This document shows positions 1-9,052 of a stretch of 64,000 nt of DNA, piece after piece; positions within the stretch are counted from its first letter, which is position 1, and each line of letters begins with the position of its first letter. The notes under the pieces were generated by a model. That model was not told the DNA's origin, did no database searches, and saw nothing but the letters and a program-made list of their open reading frames with translations. The stretch spans positions 69,636 to 133,635 of the forward strand of contig JADJXF010000013.1 of NCBI GenBank assembly GCA_016715995.1, written 5' to 3'. The position numbers and the translations under genes are program-made. This DNA comes from Flavobacteriales bacterium. Its GTDB lineage: Bacteria; Bacteroidota; Bacteroidia; Flavobacteriales_F; PHOS-HE28.

Positions 1-361
1 ACAGCGTGACGCTGAGTCGATCATCCACATGCGCGAATGCGATGGGCTGGCCCTGATGGCGCACCTCGTTCACAGTAAGCGCGCTGCTCAGGTCAAGCAG
101 CACTTCGCTGAGCGGCACCATCGCGCTGAAGTGATGCGTCACTTCGCCCTGGACTGCGCGCACAGCAGGGTCCACGACCAACTCGAGCCGGTGATAACGC
201 ACGTCGTATCCGCGGGATGGATTGCCCGACTTCAGCAGCGGTGCGGGCTGACGATGCGCTTCGGAGGCGGCGATGACATGCAGCAAGTCCGGATCGAAAG
301 CCACCTGCGCGCCACTGGTGATGCAGCAGGTAAGGAGCAGAGCGGTGCATGCGTGGCGCAT
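1..361 (-). CDS. 5' fragment of a secreted M1-family aminopeptidase-like protein; the gene runs off the window start and is not in the ORF track because it has no in-window stop
   Basis: An open frame on the minus strand, different from track ORF 93..350, translates from an ATG at 361-359 as MRHACTALLLTCCITSGAQVAFDPDLLHVIAASEAHRQPAPLLKSGNPSRGYDVRYHRLELVVDPAVRAVQGEVTHHF... This has a signal peptide followed by the Y-D-V-x-H-Y-x-L-x-L-x-V-D-P pattern typical of aminopeptidase N N-termini. Confidence 0.4.
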   Translation of the reverse strand, partial: MRHACTALLLTCCITSGAQVAFDPDLLHVIAASEAHRQPAPLLKSGNPSRGYDVRYHRLELVVDPAVRAVQGEVTHHFSAMVPLSEVLLDLSSALTVNEVRHQGQPIAFAHVDDRLSVTL

Positions 362-390
362 GCCTCGAAGGTACGGCTAGGTAAAGGTGC

Positions 391-1344
391 TCAGAACACC
401 TTCTCCACGATGGAGCGCACCGCCTCGCTGCGACCCATGGTGTAGAAATGCAGGCAGGGGGCGTTCCGTGCGATGAGTTCCCTGGCTTGCGCGATGCACC
501 ACTCGATGCCCAGCCGCTTCACCTCCAGGTCGCTGCGGCACTTCATCAATTCCTTGGCGAAGGCATCTGGCAGGTCCACGCGGAAGGTCTTGGGCAGGAA
601 TGCGATGTGCTTGAGCGTTGTGATGGGCTTGAGGCCCGGGATGATGGGCACCATGATGCCGGCCTCTCGGCATAGATCCACGAAGCGGAAGTACTGCGCG
701 TTGTCGAAGAACATCTGGGTCACCAGGTACTCCGCGCCCGAGTCCACCTTGGCTTTCAAGTAGGCGATGTCCATGTTCAGATTCAGCGCCTCGGGGTGCT
801 TCTCCGGGTAGCAGGCGGCGCCGATGCACAGGTCGGTGGCGGCTGCCTCCTGCTCCTCGTCGTGCAGGTACTTGCCTTTGTTGAGCGCGGCGATCTGGCG
901 GATCAGGTCAACGGCATGTGGATGGCCATCGCGTTCAGGGATGAAATGCGACTCGTTCTTAATCGCATCGCCGCGCAGGGCGAGCACGTTGTCGATGCCA
1001 AGGAAGTTCAGCTCGATCAGTGCGTCCTCGGTCTCCTCCTGGCTGAACCCGCCGCAGATCAGGTGCGGTACGGTGTCGATGTCGTACTTGGCCTTGATGG
1101 TGGAGCAGATGCCGACGGTGCCCGGCCGCTTGCGCAGGCGAACCTTCTGCAGCAGGCCGTGGCCGCGGTCCTTGTAGATGACCTCCTCGCGGTGGTAGGT
1201 GACATTGATGAAGCTCGGCTTGAACTCCAGCAGCGGATCGATGCCCTCGTAGATCGAGCGCATGTCCTTGCCCTTGAGCGGCGGGAGGATTTCGAACGAG
1301 AACAGCGTTCGGTCGGCCTGGCGCAGATGTTCAATCACCTTCAT
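391..1344 (-). CDS. metF: 5,10-methylenetetrahydrofolate reductase
   Basis: 317 aa. The N-terminus FSFEILPPLKG matches the MetF FSFEFFPP motif, and the length and full-length resemblance to MTHFR fit. Confidence 0.9.
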   Translation of the reverse strand: MKVIEHLRQADRTLFSFEILPPLKGKDMRSIYEGIDPLLEFKPSFINVTYHREEVIYKDRGHGLLQKVRLRKRPGTVGICSTIKAKYDIDTVPHLICGGFSQEETEDALIELNFLGIDNVLALRGDAIKNESHFIPERDGHPHAVDLIRQIAALNKGKYLHDEEQEAAATDLCIGAACYPEKHPEALNLNMDIAYLKAKVDSGAEYLVTQMFFDNAQYFRFVDLCREAGIMVPIIPGLKPITTLKHIAFLPKTFRVDLPDAFAKELMKCRSDLEVKRLGIEWCIAQARELIARNAPCLHFYTMGRSEAVRSIVEKVF

Positions 1345-1375
1345 GCGGGCGGGGAGCGTTAAGGGCGGCCAAAAG

Positions 1376-1408
1376 TAGAAAGGCCTCCGACGCGCGAAGG
1401 CCTTTCCA
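1376..1408 (-). terminator. Candidate intrinsic terminator downstream of the 1426..3921 gene
   Basis: There is an inverted repeat aaaggcct / aggccttt (8 bp stem, ~11 nt loop). On the minus strand it is followed by tactttt. It lies in the 80 nt gap between two same-strand genes. Confidence 0.3.
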
Positions 1409-1425
1409 AAATGGTTATCAACGCA

Positions 1426-3921
1426 TCATCGCAGCACAGTGATGTGCCCCGCGTGCTCCTGGCCATCATTCAGACGAAGCACGTAGTAGTACGTGCCGTC
1501 GGGAAGATCATCGGCCTTCCACTGATTCCGGTAGTTCTTCACGTCGTACACCTTGTTGCCCCACCGGCTGTAGATGCTGAGCTCGTTGCTCCAGAACTCG
1601 ATGTTGCGGATTACGAAGTAGTCATTGCTCTGGTCACCATTGGGCGATATCACGTTCGGGATGGTGATGTCCGGCGGGAAGATGAGGTATTGCGTGCTCA
1701 CGGTGTCCGTGCAGCCGTCAGCTGCGGTCACGATCAGCACCACGTTGTAGGTGAAGGGGTTCCCGAAAGTCCAAGAGGGATTCTGAACATCGCTACCGCC
1801 CTGGCCGCCGAAGTCCCATTCCCAGCCCACGATGGTACTGCCTGTCACGGTGCTCAGGTCGGTGAAATCCACGGTGGTGTTCATGGGCTGCGGCGAGGGC
1901 GGTGTGAACGTGAAGGCGGCCACCGGGCTGCTGCCCACCTGCACATTGAACGGTGCGGACGTGCCGGTGCAGCCTTCCGCATTGGTCACGGTGACCGTGT
2001 AGGCGCCGGTGCCCACGGTGATGGAGGGCGTAGTGGCTTCGTTGCTCCAGGTGTACTGCTCATACGGCTCGGTGGTGCTGAGCACCGCGAGCGCACCGCC
2101 GCAGCTGAACGACGGTCCGGTGATCACTGGTGCGGGGTTAGGCGCTGCGGTGACGGTGATGGGGTCGGAGGTGAGCGGGCAATTCCCGTAGGCCACGGTC
2201 ACAGTGTATGTGCCCACGCCCACTTGCACATTGGGGCCGAACAGGTTGCCGGGCTGCCACACATAGGTGTCAAAGCCAGCAGGCGCGCTCAGCGAAGCCA
2301 GTCCGCCGCTGCACACCACTGGATTGCCACTGATGTTTATGGGGCCTTGTGGTGAAGGCGTCACCGTCACGGTGATGGTGGTGTCGTAGGTGCAGCCGAA
2401 ATTATCCGTGATGGTGAAGGTGTAGTCGAACACGCCGGGGGTCACGCCAGCAACTGTGGCGTTGAAGGGATTGTTCGGATCGTTCACGAGGTTCGCGCCT
2501 GACCAAACGGCGGAGTCGGCGGTCTGCCCGAGGTTCGGAGTGTAGACCGTTAGGCTGGGGAAGAGCGCCGGGTTGAAGGTCAGCGACCAGTCGCATAGGT
2601 AGCCATTGTCGATGGCGAACAAGTCGGTCACCGTAAACGTCCAAACACCATTGAGGGGGCAACCGATGAGGTTGCTGAAGGGCTGCACGCTCTCATAGGT
2701 GCCGGCGGGCACGGTGCCGCCGCTGTTGTCCTCCCATGTGCCGTTGGTGGCGGTTGGGCTCCAGCAATACTCCCAGCACTCCCCTTGAACGTTCGGCGTG
2801 CCTTCGTTGTCCACCGGAACTCCGATGTAGGTGCCGCCACCACCTTGTTGATGCATGACGGTGGTCTGACCATTCGGGCAGGAGATCTGAATGACCAGAT
2901 CGCCCATGTAGCTGTGCTCCATGGTTGCGCACACGCTGAGCAGGTCGAGGGGGTTCGTGAGCGTTTGCCCGGGACTGAACTGTGTGAAGGTGATGGAGGT
3001 GCTGAATGGCACGCCCTGCAGATCGGGCAGGAAGATGCCACTACCCAGGTTGCTTTCCGGCAACGCCGACCAGGTGATAGCGGTGGGGTCGGTGGTCAGC
3101 GAAACGCTCTCGCCTTGGCAAATGGTGGTACTGGGGGTGGTGCCCGTGAAGATCGGAGTTGTGCTCACCAGTACCTGGAGGTCAACCAGGTTAAGGCTGG
3201 AGCACCCGTTGTCATCGATGACCTCGACCTGAACGACGTACTCGGCCGGATCAGTGAATGCGTGTTGCACAATAGGGCCAGTAGCTGTGGTGCCATCCGC
3301 GTAATCCCAGTTGTACTCCGTGACCGTGAAACCTGCAGCGGCGAAAGAAGCGCTCGCATCGAAGGTGATCACCTCATCCTGGCAGGCCAGCAATGGGATC
3401 GGGCTGTTGAATGTTGCGACAGCGGTCGGCGGCTCACAGGGCTGGAAGCAGGTGATATTGGCGGCGAAGTCGCCGGTGCCGGTGTTGTTGCTCGTGAAGA
3501 CCAAGGTGAGGCAGCCGGTAGGGTTGGCGAAGCTGGCGGAGATGATGCCTGGGGAGTCACCGCCGCTCCAAGTGCCAATCAGCGGCGCGGAGGTGTTGTC
3601 GCCATCATAGATGCTCATCTGGTCTGCCGGCGCCACTCCGGCAGTGCTCAGGTTGAAGATGACCCACTGCAGGGAGATGGCCGGACCGCTTCCATCAGGA
3701 CAAATGACCGTGGTGAAGTTCTCGTTGTTGTCATAGGGTCCCCCGTTGCCATTGCTGTCGAGGAACGCGCCTTGACAAGCGGTGACGCTGGGTTCGCTCA
3801 TGTAATACTCCTGAGCGGTCACCCCGGACACGCTCAGAGCCAATACTGCTGTCGTAAGAACCCTGCACTGCCACATGTTGCTGTCTTTAATGAAAGGGAA
3901 GCCTCCCGAAAAGGCCGCCAA
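1426..3921 (-). CDS. Large secreted repeat protein (PKD/Ig-like beta-sandwich repeats) with a T9SS type-B C-terminal sorting domain
   Basis: 831 aa with an N-terminal signal peptide (MWQCRVLTTAVLALSVSGVTAQ) and Thr/Gly/Val-rich beta repeats. The C-terminus PNVISPNGDQSNDYF...IYSRWGNKVY...DGTYYYVLRL...HITVLR matches the gliding-motility-associated CTD (TIGR04131-like) consensus. Confidence 0.8.
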   Translation of the reverse strand: MAAFSGGFPFIKDSNMWQCRVLTTAVLALSVSGVTAQEYYMSEPSVTACQGAFLDSNGNGGPYDNNENFTTVICPDGSGPAISLQWVIFNLSTAGVAPADQMSIYDGDNTSAPLIGTWSGGDSPGIISASFANPTGCLTLVFTSNNTGTGDFAANITCFQPCEPPTAVATFNSPIPLLACQDEVITFDASASFAAAGFTVTEYNWDYADGTTATGPIVQHAFTDPAEYVVQVEVIDDNGCSSLNLVDLQVLVSTTPIFTGTTPSTTICQGESVSLTTDPTAITWSALPESNLGSGIFLPDLQGVPFSTSITFTQFSPGQTLTNPLDLLSVCATMEHSYMGDLVIQISCPNGQTTVMHQQGGGGTYIGVPVDNEGTPNVQGECWEYCWSPTATNGTWEDNSGGTVPAGTYESVQPFSNLIGCPLNGVWTFTVTDLFAIDNGYLCDWSLTFNPALFPSLTVYTPNLGQTADSAVWSGANLVNDPNNPFNATVAGVTPGVFDYTFTITDNFGCTYDTTITVTVTPSPQGPINISGNPVVCSGGLASLSAPAGFDTYVWQPGNLFGPNVQVGVGTYTVTVAYGNCPLTSDPITVTAAPNPAPVITGPSFSCGGALAVLSTTEPYEQYTWSNEATTPSITVGTGAYTVTVTNAEGCTGTSAPFNVQVGSSPVAAFTFTPPSPQPMNTTVDFTDLSTVTGSTIVGWEWDFGGQGGSDVQNPSWTFGNPFTYNVVLIVTAADGCTDTVSTQYLIFPPDITIPNVISPNGDQSNDYFVIRNIEFWSNELSIYSRWGNKVYDVKNYRNQWKADDLPDGTYYYVLRLNDGQEHAGHITVLR

Positions 3922-3951
3922 AATAAGCCCCTTCTGGAGACCGCCTCCGGG

Positions 3952-4992
3952 TCAGTTCATGCTATTCCTGTTCAGCCACACCACCTTGCCCTCCGATATC
4001 ACGCGGCCGTCCAGGGTAATGGCCTCAACGGCCACCATGTACATGCCATCCTCGCAATTGGCTCCGGTCCACTCCTGATCCAGGCCCGTGGAACTGAACA
4101 CCAATTGATTGGACTTCATGGAATACACCCGCACCAAGGTGCTGGCGAAGCCATTCTTGGGCTCGATCCGGTAGGTGTCGTTCGTGCCATCGCCGTTTGG
4201 GGTGAAAACGTTGGGCATGATCAGCTTAACCGGTTGCTCTTCCGCAGCACTTTCTGCGGGCGGCACAGTGGATTCCTGCTCACTGGCGGTTTCGGTCGTT
4301 GCATCCTCCACGCCGTCAGGCGAGGCGGTTCGTTGTCCAGCCTCCACTTCCTTGATCACCTGCTCGCTTAAGTCGGTGATGATCAGTTCCACCAATTCAG
4401 GATCAGTGTCCCCAGTCGAGGGCTGAACCGCCCCTAAGGCCAAGTTCAAATCTGCGGGATTGGTCGCTACCAATTCCGGCGTCTGTTTGGTAGACGTGGA
4501 GGTGAGCCTTGTTGGATTGCTGCCCGTGTCTGGGTTTCCGTCGATTGTAGCCGGTCCAGAAGAGCCCTCATTGGCGACGATTGCTTCCCGGTCTGGGATA
4601 GAAGATTCCGGTTGCGTTGCGGTTGTCTTGGCTGGTTCCTGTTTAGCTAGGGCGGCATCGCCATCACCCTGATTCAAAGCGAAGACCAGCGCTCCAACGG
4701 CCACCACGCCAGCCAGCCCGGCCGCCACCCAGCCATATCCGCCCAGCAAGCCGCCGCCCGCCGCGCCGTGACCCAATTGGCTGCTGATGCCCTGCCAAAC
4801 GCCAGGATCCACATTCACCTCATGCTGCTGGAAGCGGTCCTTGAACAGGTCGTTCGCCGAATCCGAGGCTGGGGCCGAGGTAAGCAGCCGCGCCTCAATC
4901 ACCTGCCATGTGGCGGGGTCCACCGGGGCCTCGTGGCCCTGGAAGCGCTCGCGGAACAGGTGGTTCATCTTATCCTTCATGGTCGTGCGCAT
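3952..4992 (-). CDS. Single-pass membrane protein that is a putative anti-sigma factor. It has an N-terminal cytoplasmic tandem motif, a Pro/Thr/Glu-rich linker and a C-terminal T9SS type-B CTD
   Basis: 346 aa, overlapping the 3' end of the upstream ECF sigma gene. Alternative starts exist at M5 and M9 (4980 and 4968). The motif LFRERFQGHEAPVDPATWQVIEARL recurs as LFKDRFQQHEVNVDPGVWQGISSQL. A transmembrane segment GWVAAGLAGVVAVGALVFAL follows. The C-terminus MPNVFTPNGDGTNDTY...GMYMVAVEAITLDGRV...VWLNR is a type-B CTD. Confidence 0.7.
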   Translation of the reverse strand: MRTTMKDKMNHLFRERFQGHEAPVDPATWQVIEARLLTSAPASDSANDLFKDRFQQHEVNVDPGVWQGISSQLGHGAAGGGLLGGYGWVAAGLAGVVAVGALVFALNQGDGDAALAKQEPAKTTATQPESSIPDREAIVANEGSSGPATIDGNPDTGSNPTRLTSTSTKQTPELVATNPADLNLALGAVQPSTGDTDPELVELIITDLSEQVIKEVEAGQRTASPDGVEDATTETASEQESTVPPAESAAEEQPVKLIMPNVFTPNGDGTNDTYRIEPKNGFASTLVRVYSMKSNQLVFSSTGLDQEWTGANCEDGMYMVAVEAITLDGRVISEGKVVWLNRNSMN

Positions 4993-5527
4993 ATGGTGCG
5001 GCCGCCTCTTTCGGCAGGAGCTTGCGCAGGTAGGCCCGCGCTTTCATGAATTGTGATTTCGAGGTGTTCTCCGAAATGCCCAGCTGATCCGCGATCTCCT
5101 TGTGCGGATAACCCTCGATGGCGAAGAGGTTGAAAACGGTCCGGTATCCTGGCGGCAGCGCCTGGATCAGGTCCATGAGTTCGTCGGTGCTCATGGTGGT
5201 GAGCACCTGCTCATCCACTTGGTGCAGATGCTCGGCCTCAGTGAGGTCCACGCTGTGGTCGTAGGGTTTGTTCCGCCGGATGTGGTCGAGCGCGGTGTTC
5301 ACCACAGTGCGTGCGATCCATCCGCCCAACGGGCCATCGCCCCGATAATGGTCCATCTTCTGAAAGACCTTCACGAAGCCGTCCTGGAGCATGTCCTGGG
5401 CCTGTTCCCTGTTGCCGGCGTAACGCATGCAGATGCTCATCATCTTCCGTGCATAGGCCTTGTACAGGGCCTTCTGCGCGATTGGGTCGCCAGCGATGCA
5501 GCCTGAAACCAGTTGTTCATCCGTCAT
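4970..5527 (-). CDS. ECF-type RNA polymerase sigma-70 factor
   Basis: 185 aa. Sigma70 region 2 is present (DMLQDGFVKVFQ...GWIARTVVNTALDHIRR) and region 4 (PPGYRTVFNLFAIEGYPHKEIADQLGISENTSKSQFMKAR). Confidence 0.85.
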   Translation of the reverse strand: MTDEQLVSGCIAGDPIAQKALYKAYARKMMSICMRYAGNREQAQDMLQDGFVKVFQKMDHYRGDGPLGGWIARTVVNTALDHIRRNKPYDHSVDLTEAEHLHQVDEQVLTTMSTDELMDLIQALPPGYRTVFNLFAIEGYPHKEIADQLGISENTSKSQFMKARAYLRKLLPKEAAAPYAHDHEG

Positions 5528-5631
5528 GACGGCTCACCGGTAGATGATGCAATCCGAGGCCCGGAGGTTGCCTAAGGCCGTGCGGGGGAAAAGTGAACCC
5601 GCAAGTTATCCTAGGTGCATCCGTGCTTGAT

Positions 5632-6123
5632 TTAGAGCAACAAGGCCACGGAGCCCATGCGCTTGATGGATTCAGCGGAACCCAGCGGCTGGAACACCAG
5701 CCGCCACACATAAATCCCTTGGGGCAGCACGGGTCCGCTGTTGGATAGGCTGCCATCCCAGCCCTCGCCGGGGTTGTTGGTGGAGTAGATCTCACGCCCC
5801 CAGCGGTCGAAGACATGGAAGAGATAGCCCTGCGTCACCACCTCACCAATCCGGGGATAGAACTTGTCATTCAAGCCATCGCCATTTGGCGTGAAGGCGC
5901 TGGGGGCCAGGGCAATGGGTGCTCGATGCTCTTCGGCAAAGGGGGGAGTGACCGGATCAGCATCCGAAACGGCGTCGGTGGGCGCATCCAATGCGTCTGG
6001 CAAGGGTTCGGCCTGCTGTGCGGGATCAATCGGCTTCTCACCCGTTCCGAATCCGGATTGCGCGCTGACGCCTACGCTAAAGATCAAGCAGGTCAGGAAA
6101 AGGGGGACAGAGTGGTGTCGCAT
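5632..6123 (-). CDS. Small secreted protein consisting essentially of a T9SS type-B CTD
   Basis: 163 aa with a signal peptide (LFLTCLIFSVGVSAQ) and an Asp/Pro/Ala-rich linker. The C-terminus PSAFTPNGDGLNDKFYP...VFDRWGREIY...QGIYVWRLVF matches the type-B CTD. Confidence 0.75.
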   Translation of the reverse strand: MRHHSVPLFLTCLIFSVGVSAQSGFGTGEKPIDPAQQAEPLPDALDAPTDAVSDADPVTPPFAEEHRAPIALAPSAFTPNGDGLNDKFYPRIGEVVTQGYLFHVFDRWGREIYSTNNPGEGWDGSLSNSGPVLPQGIYVWRLVFQPLGSAESIKRMGSVALLL

Positions 6124-6268
6124 GGTGCTGGTCCGTAACGCTGTTGGGGGAAATAATCGCCGCAGCCAATTGGTAAGCCCAAGCTACGCGGGGACCCCAA
6201 GATAAGGCAAGCACGCTGGGGACCCCCAATCGGCTACTTTCGCGGCCCGCTTTCCGGCCCCTTCGTCC

Positions 6269-8056
6269 ATGGAGCACATCCGCAACTTCTGCATCATCGC
6301 CCACATCGACCATGGCAAGAGCACCCTGGCCGACAGGCTGTTGCAGATGACCGGCACCATCGCCGACCGCGACATGCAGGCCCAGGCGCTGGACGACATG
6401 GATTTGGAGCGCGAGCGGGGCATCACCATCAAGAGCAAGGCAATTCAGATGGACTACACCCTCAACGGGCAGAAGTACATCCTGAACCTGATTGACACGC
6501 CCGGCCATGTCGATTTCAGCTACGAGGTGAGCCGCAGCATCGCCGCCTGCGAAGGCGCCCTGCTCATCGTTGACGCCACACAGGGCATACAGGCTCAGAC
6601 CATCAGCAACCTCTACCTCGCGCTGGAGCACGACCTGGAGATCATTCCGATCCTCAATAAAATGGACCTTGCTTCGGCTAATCCGGAGGAGGTGAAGGAC
6701 CAGATCGTGGACCTGCTCGGTTGCAAGCGCGAGGAGATCATGTCCGCAAGCGGCAAGACCGGCCTCGGTGTGGATAAAGTGCTCGAAGCCGTGGTGGAGC
6801 GCATCCCGGCTCCCAAAGGCGACCCGAGCGCGCCGCTTCAGGCGCTCATCTTCGACAGCGTCTTCAATCCCTTCCGCGGCATCATCGCGTACTTCCGGGT
6901 GATGAATGGCACGATTCGCAAGGGCGACCAGGTGAAGTTCTTCAATACCGGAGTGGAATACGCGGCCGATGAAGTGGGCTGCTTGAAGATGGAGATCAGC
7001 CCGCGCCCTGAGGTGAAGGCCGGCGACGTGGGCTACATCATCAGTGGGATCAAGACCGCAAGCGAAGTGAAAGTGGGCGACACCATCACGCACCGCGACC
7101 GCCCCTGCGCCGAATCCATCCACGGCTTCGAGGACGTGAAGCCCATGGTGTGGGCCGGGATCTTCCCGGTGGATACCGACGACTACGAGGAGATGCGCGA
7201 CGCCATGGAGAAGCTGCAGCTCAACGACGCCAGCCTCACATGGACGCCGGAGAGCAGTGCGGCGCTGGGCTTCGGATTCCGCTGCGGATTCCTGGGCCTG
7301 CTGCACATGGAGATCGTACAGGAACGCTTGCAGCGCGAGTTCAACATGAGCGTGATCACCACTGTGCCCAACGTGGGCTATGTGGTGACGAAGACGAATG
7401 GAGAGGTGATCGAGGTGCACAACCCCGCGGACCTGCCCGATGTGATGCACATCGAGAAGATCGAGGAGCCCTACATCAAGGCGCAGGTGATCACCAAGGC
7501 GGAGTACACGGGCTCCATCATGACCTTGTGCATCGAGAAGCGCGGCATGCTCACCGGACAGAACTACCTCACCACCGACCGCGTGGAGTTAACCTTCGAG
7601 CTGCCGCTCGGCGAAGTGGTCTTCGATTTCTACGACAAGCTCAAGAGCATCAGCCGTGGTTACGCGAGCTTCGATTACCATCCCGTGGGCATGAAGGAGA
7701 GCGACCTGATCAAGCTCGATATCCTGCTCAACAGCGAACGCGTGGATGCGCTCAGCGCCCTCATCCACCGCGACCATGCGCACGAGCTGGGCAAGAAGAT
7801 GTGCAGCAAGCTGAAGGAGCTGCTGCCGCGCCAGCAATTCGACATCCCCATCCAGGCCGCCATCGGCGCCAAGATTGTGGCGCGCGAAACCGTGAAGGCC
7901 CTGCGCAAGGATGTTACCGCCAAGTGCTACGGCGGCGACATCAGCCGGAAGCGTAAACTGCTGGAGAAGCAGAAGGAGGGGAAGAAGAAGATGAAGCAGA
8001 TCGGCACTGTGGAAGTGCCGCAGCAGGCGTTCCTGGCGGTGCTGAAGCTCGATTGA
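6269..8056 (+). CDS. lepA: Elongation factor 4 (translational GTPase LepA)
   Basis: 595 aa starting [25 protein letters not shown]. The G-domain motifs and the LepA-specific C-terminal region are present. Confidence 0.95.
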   Translation: MEHIRNFCIIAHIDHGKSTLADRLLQMTGTIADRDMQAQALDDMDLERERGITIKSKAIQMDYTLNGQKYILNLIDTPGHVDFSYEVSRSIAACEGALLIVDATQGIQAQTISNLYLALEHDLEIIPILNKMDLASANPEEVKDQIVDLLGCKREEIMSASGKTGLGVDKVLEAVVERIPAPKGDPSAPLQALIFDSVFNPFRGIIAYFRVMNGTIRKGDQVKFFNTGVEYAADEVGCLKMEISPRPEVKAGDVGYIISGIKTASEVKVGDTITHRDRPCAESIHGFEDVKPMVWAGIFPVDTDDYEEMRDAMEKLQLNDASLTWTPESSAALGFGFRCGFLGLLHMEIVQERLQREFNMSVITTVPNVGYVVTKTNGEVIEVHNPADLPDVMHIEKIEEPYIKAQVITKAEYTGSIMTLCIEKRGMLTGQNYLTTDRVELTFELPLGEVVFDFYDKLKSISRGYASFDYHPVGMKESDLIKLDILLNSERVDALSALIHRDHAHELGKKMCSKLKELLPRQQFDIPIQAAIGAKIVARETVKALRKDVTAKCYGGDISRKRKLLEKQKEGKKKMKQIGTVEVPQQAFLAVLKLD

Positions 8057-9052
8057 TCACGCCAGCCTTTCGCTCAGGAGCCGCATCTCCATCATCGGCG
8101 CCATCTTCTCGTAGAGCATGCGGTAGGTGCTCTCGGTGATGGGCATGTCCACTTTCAGTTTCTCGTTGATCGCGTGGACGCACTTCACGGCGTAGTAGCC
8201 CTCGGCCACCATGTTCATCTCCATTTGAGCGGCGCGCACGCTGTAGCCCTTGCCCACCATGTTGCCGAACTCGCGGTTGCGGCTGAAGGTGCTGTAGGCG
8301 GTCACCAGCAGGTCGCCGAGGTAGGCGGGCTCGTTGATGTCGCGCGCGATGGGATGCGCCGCTGCCACGAAGCGCTCAATCTCCTGGATGGCGCGGCTCA
8401 CGAGCACCGCGCGGAAGTTGTCGCCGTAGCCCAGGCCCACGCTGATGCCCGCGCACACCGCGATCACGTTCTTGAGGATGGCCGCATACTCGGTGCCGTA
8501 GATGTCGTCGCTCAATGTGGTCTTCATGAAGCGTCCGTTGAGCGCATCGCCCATGGCCCTCGCCTTGGCGGCGTCCTGGCATGCAATCGTGAGGTAGCTC
8601 AGGCGCTCCATGGCCACCTCTTCGGCATGGCAAGGGCCACAGACCACACCGAAATCATTCTCTGCCACGCCCCAGTGGTGGAAGAGGTATTCCCCTACGA
8701 TCTGGTTCGTCTCCGGGACGATGCCTTTCACCGCGCTGAAAATGACCTTGCCCTCGAGCTCGCGCGGCTCGAGTTGCTCCATGGTGGCCTTCAGGAAGGC
8801 GCTGGGCACGGCGATCACGAGCACGTCCGCAGCCTTCACCACGGCGTGGATATCGGCGTCCATCGCCAAGCGCGGCACATCGAACTGCGCAGCGCTGATA
8901 TAGTCCGGGTTGTGCCCGTACTTGCCAATGTGCGTGATGGTCTCGGCTCGCCGCACCCACCAGCCCACACGCTCTGCGTTCGTGGAGAGCAGCTTCACCA
9001 GGGCGGTGCCCCAGCTGCCGGCGCCGATCACGGCGATGCGTTGCGCGCCCAT
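8057..9052 (-). CDS. gpsA: NAD(P)H-dependent glycerol-3-phosphate dehydrogenase
   Basis: 331 aa. The Rossmann motif IAVIGAGSWGTALV and full-length GpsA-like sequence are present. Confidence 0.9.
   Translation of the reverse strand: MGAQRIAVIGAGSWGTALVKLLSTNAERVGWWVRRAETITHIGKYGHNPDYISAAQFDVPRLAMDADIHAVVKAADVLVIAVPSAFLKATMEQLEPRELEGKVIFSAVKGIVPETNQIVGEYLFHHWGVAENDFGVVCGPCHAEEVAMERLSYLTIACQDAAKARAMGDALNGRFMKTTLSDDIYGTEYAAILKNVIAVCAGISVGLGYGDNFRAVLVSRAIQEIERFVAAAHPIARDINEPAYLGDLLVTAYSTFSRNREFGNMVGKGYSVRAAQMEMNMVAEGYYAVKCVHAINEKLKVDMPITESTYRMLYEKMAPMMEMRLLSERLA

Noticed and set aside
29-445. Track ORFs 29..445 (+) and 93..350 (-) at the window start
   Set aside because: A third frame on the minus strand, open to the window edge, gives a signal peptide plus an aminopeptidase-N-like N-terminus. 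The listed ORFs have no recognisable features and overlap metF's 3' region.
2785-4371. 528-aa plus-strand ORF overlapping two T9SS cargo genes
   Set aside because: It is antisense to proteins with unambiguous signal peptides and type-B CTDs. It is Gly/Ala/Arg/Asp-rich with no motifs.
6077-7450. 457-aa ORF on the minus strand, antisense to lepA
   Set aside because: It lies entirely within and opposite a confidently identified housekeeping gene. Its composition is His/Ala/Val/Gly/Arg-rich and low-complexity, typical of GC-rich antisense frames, and it has no recognisable motifs.
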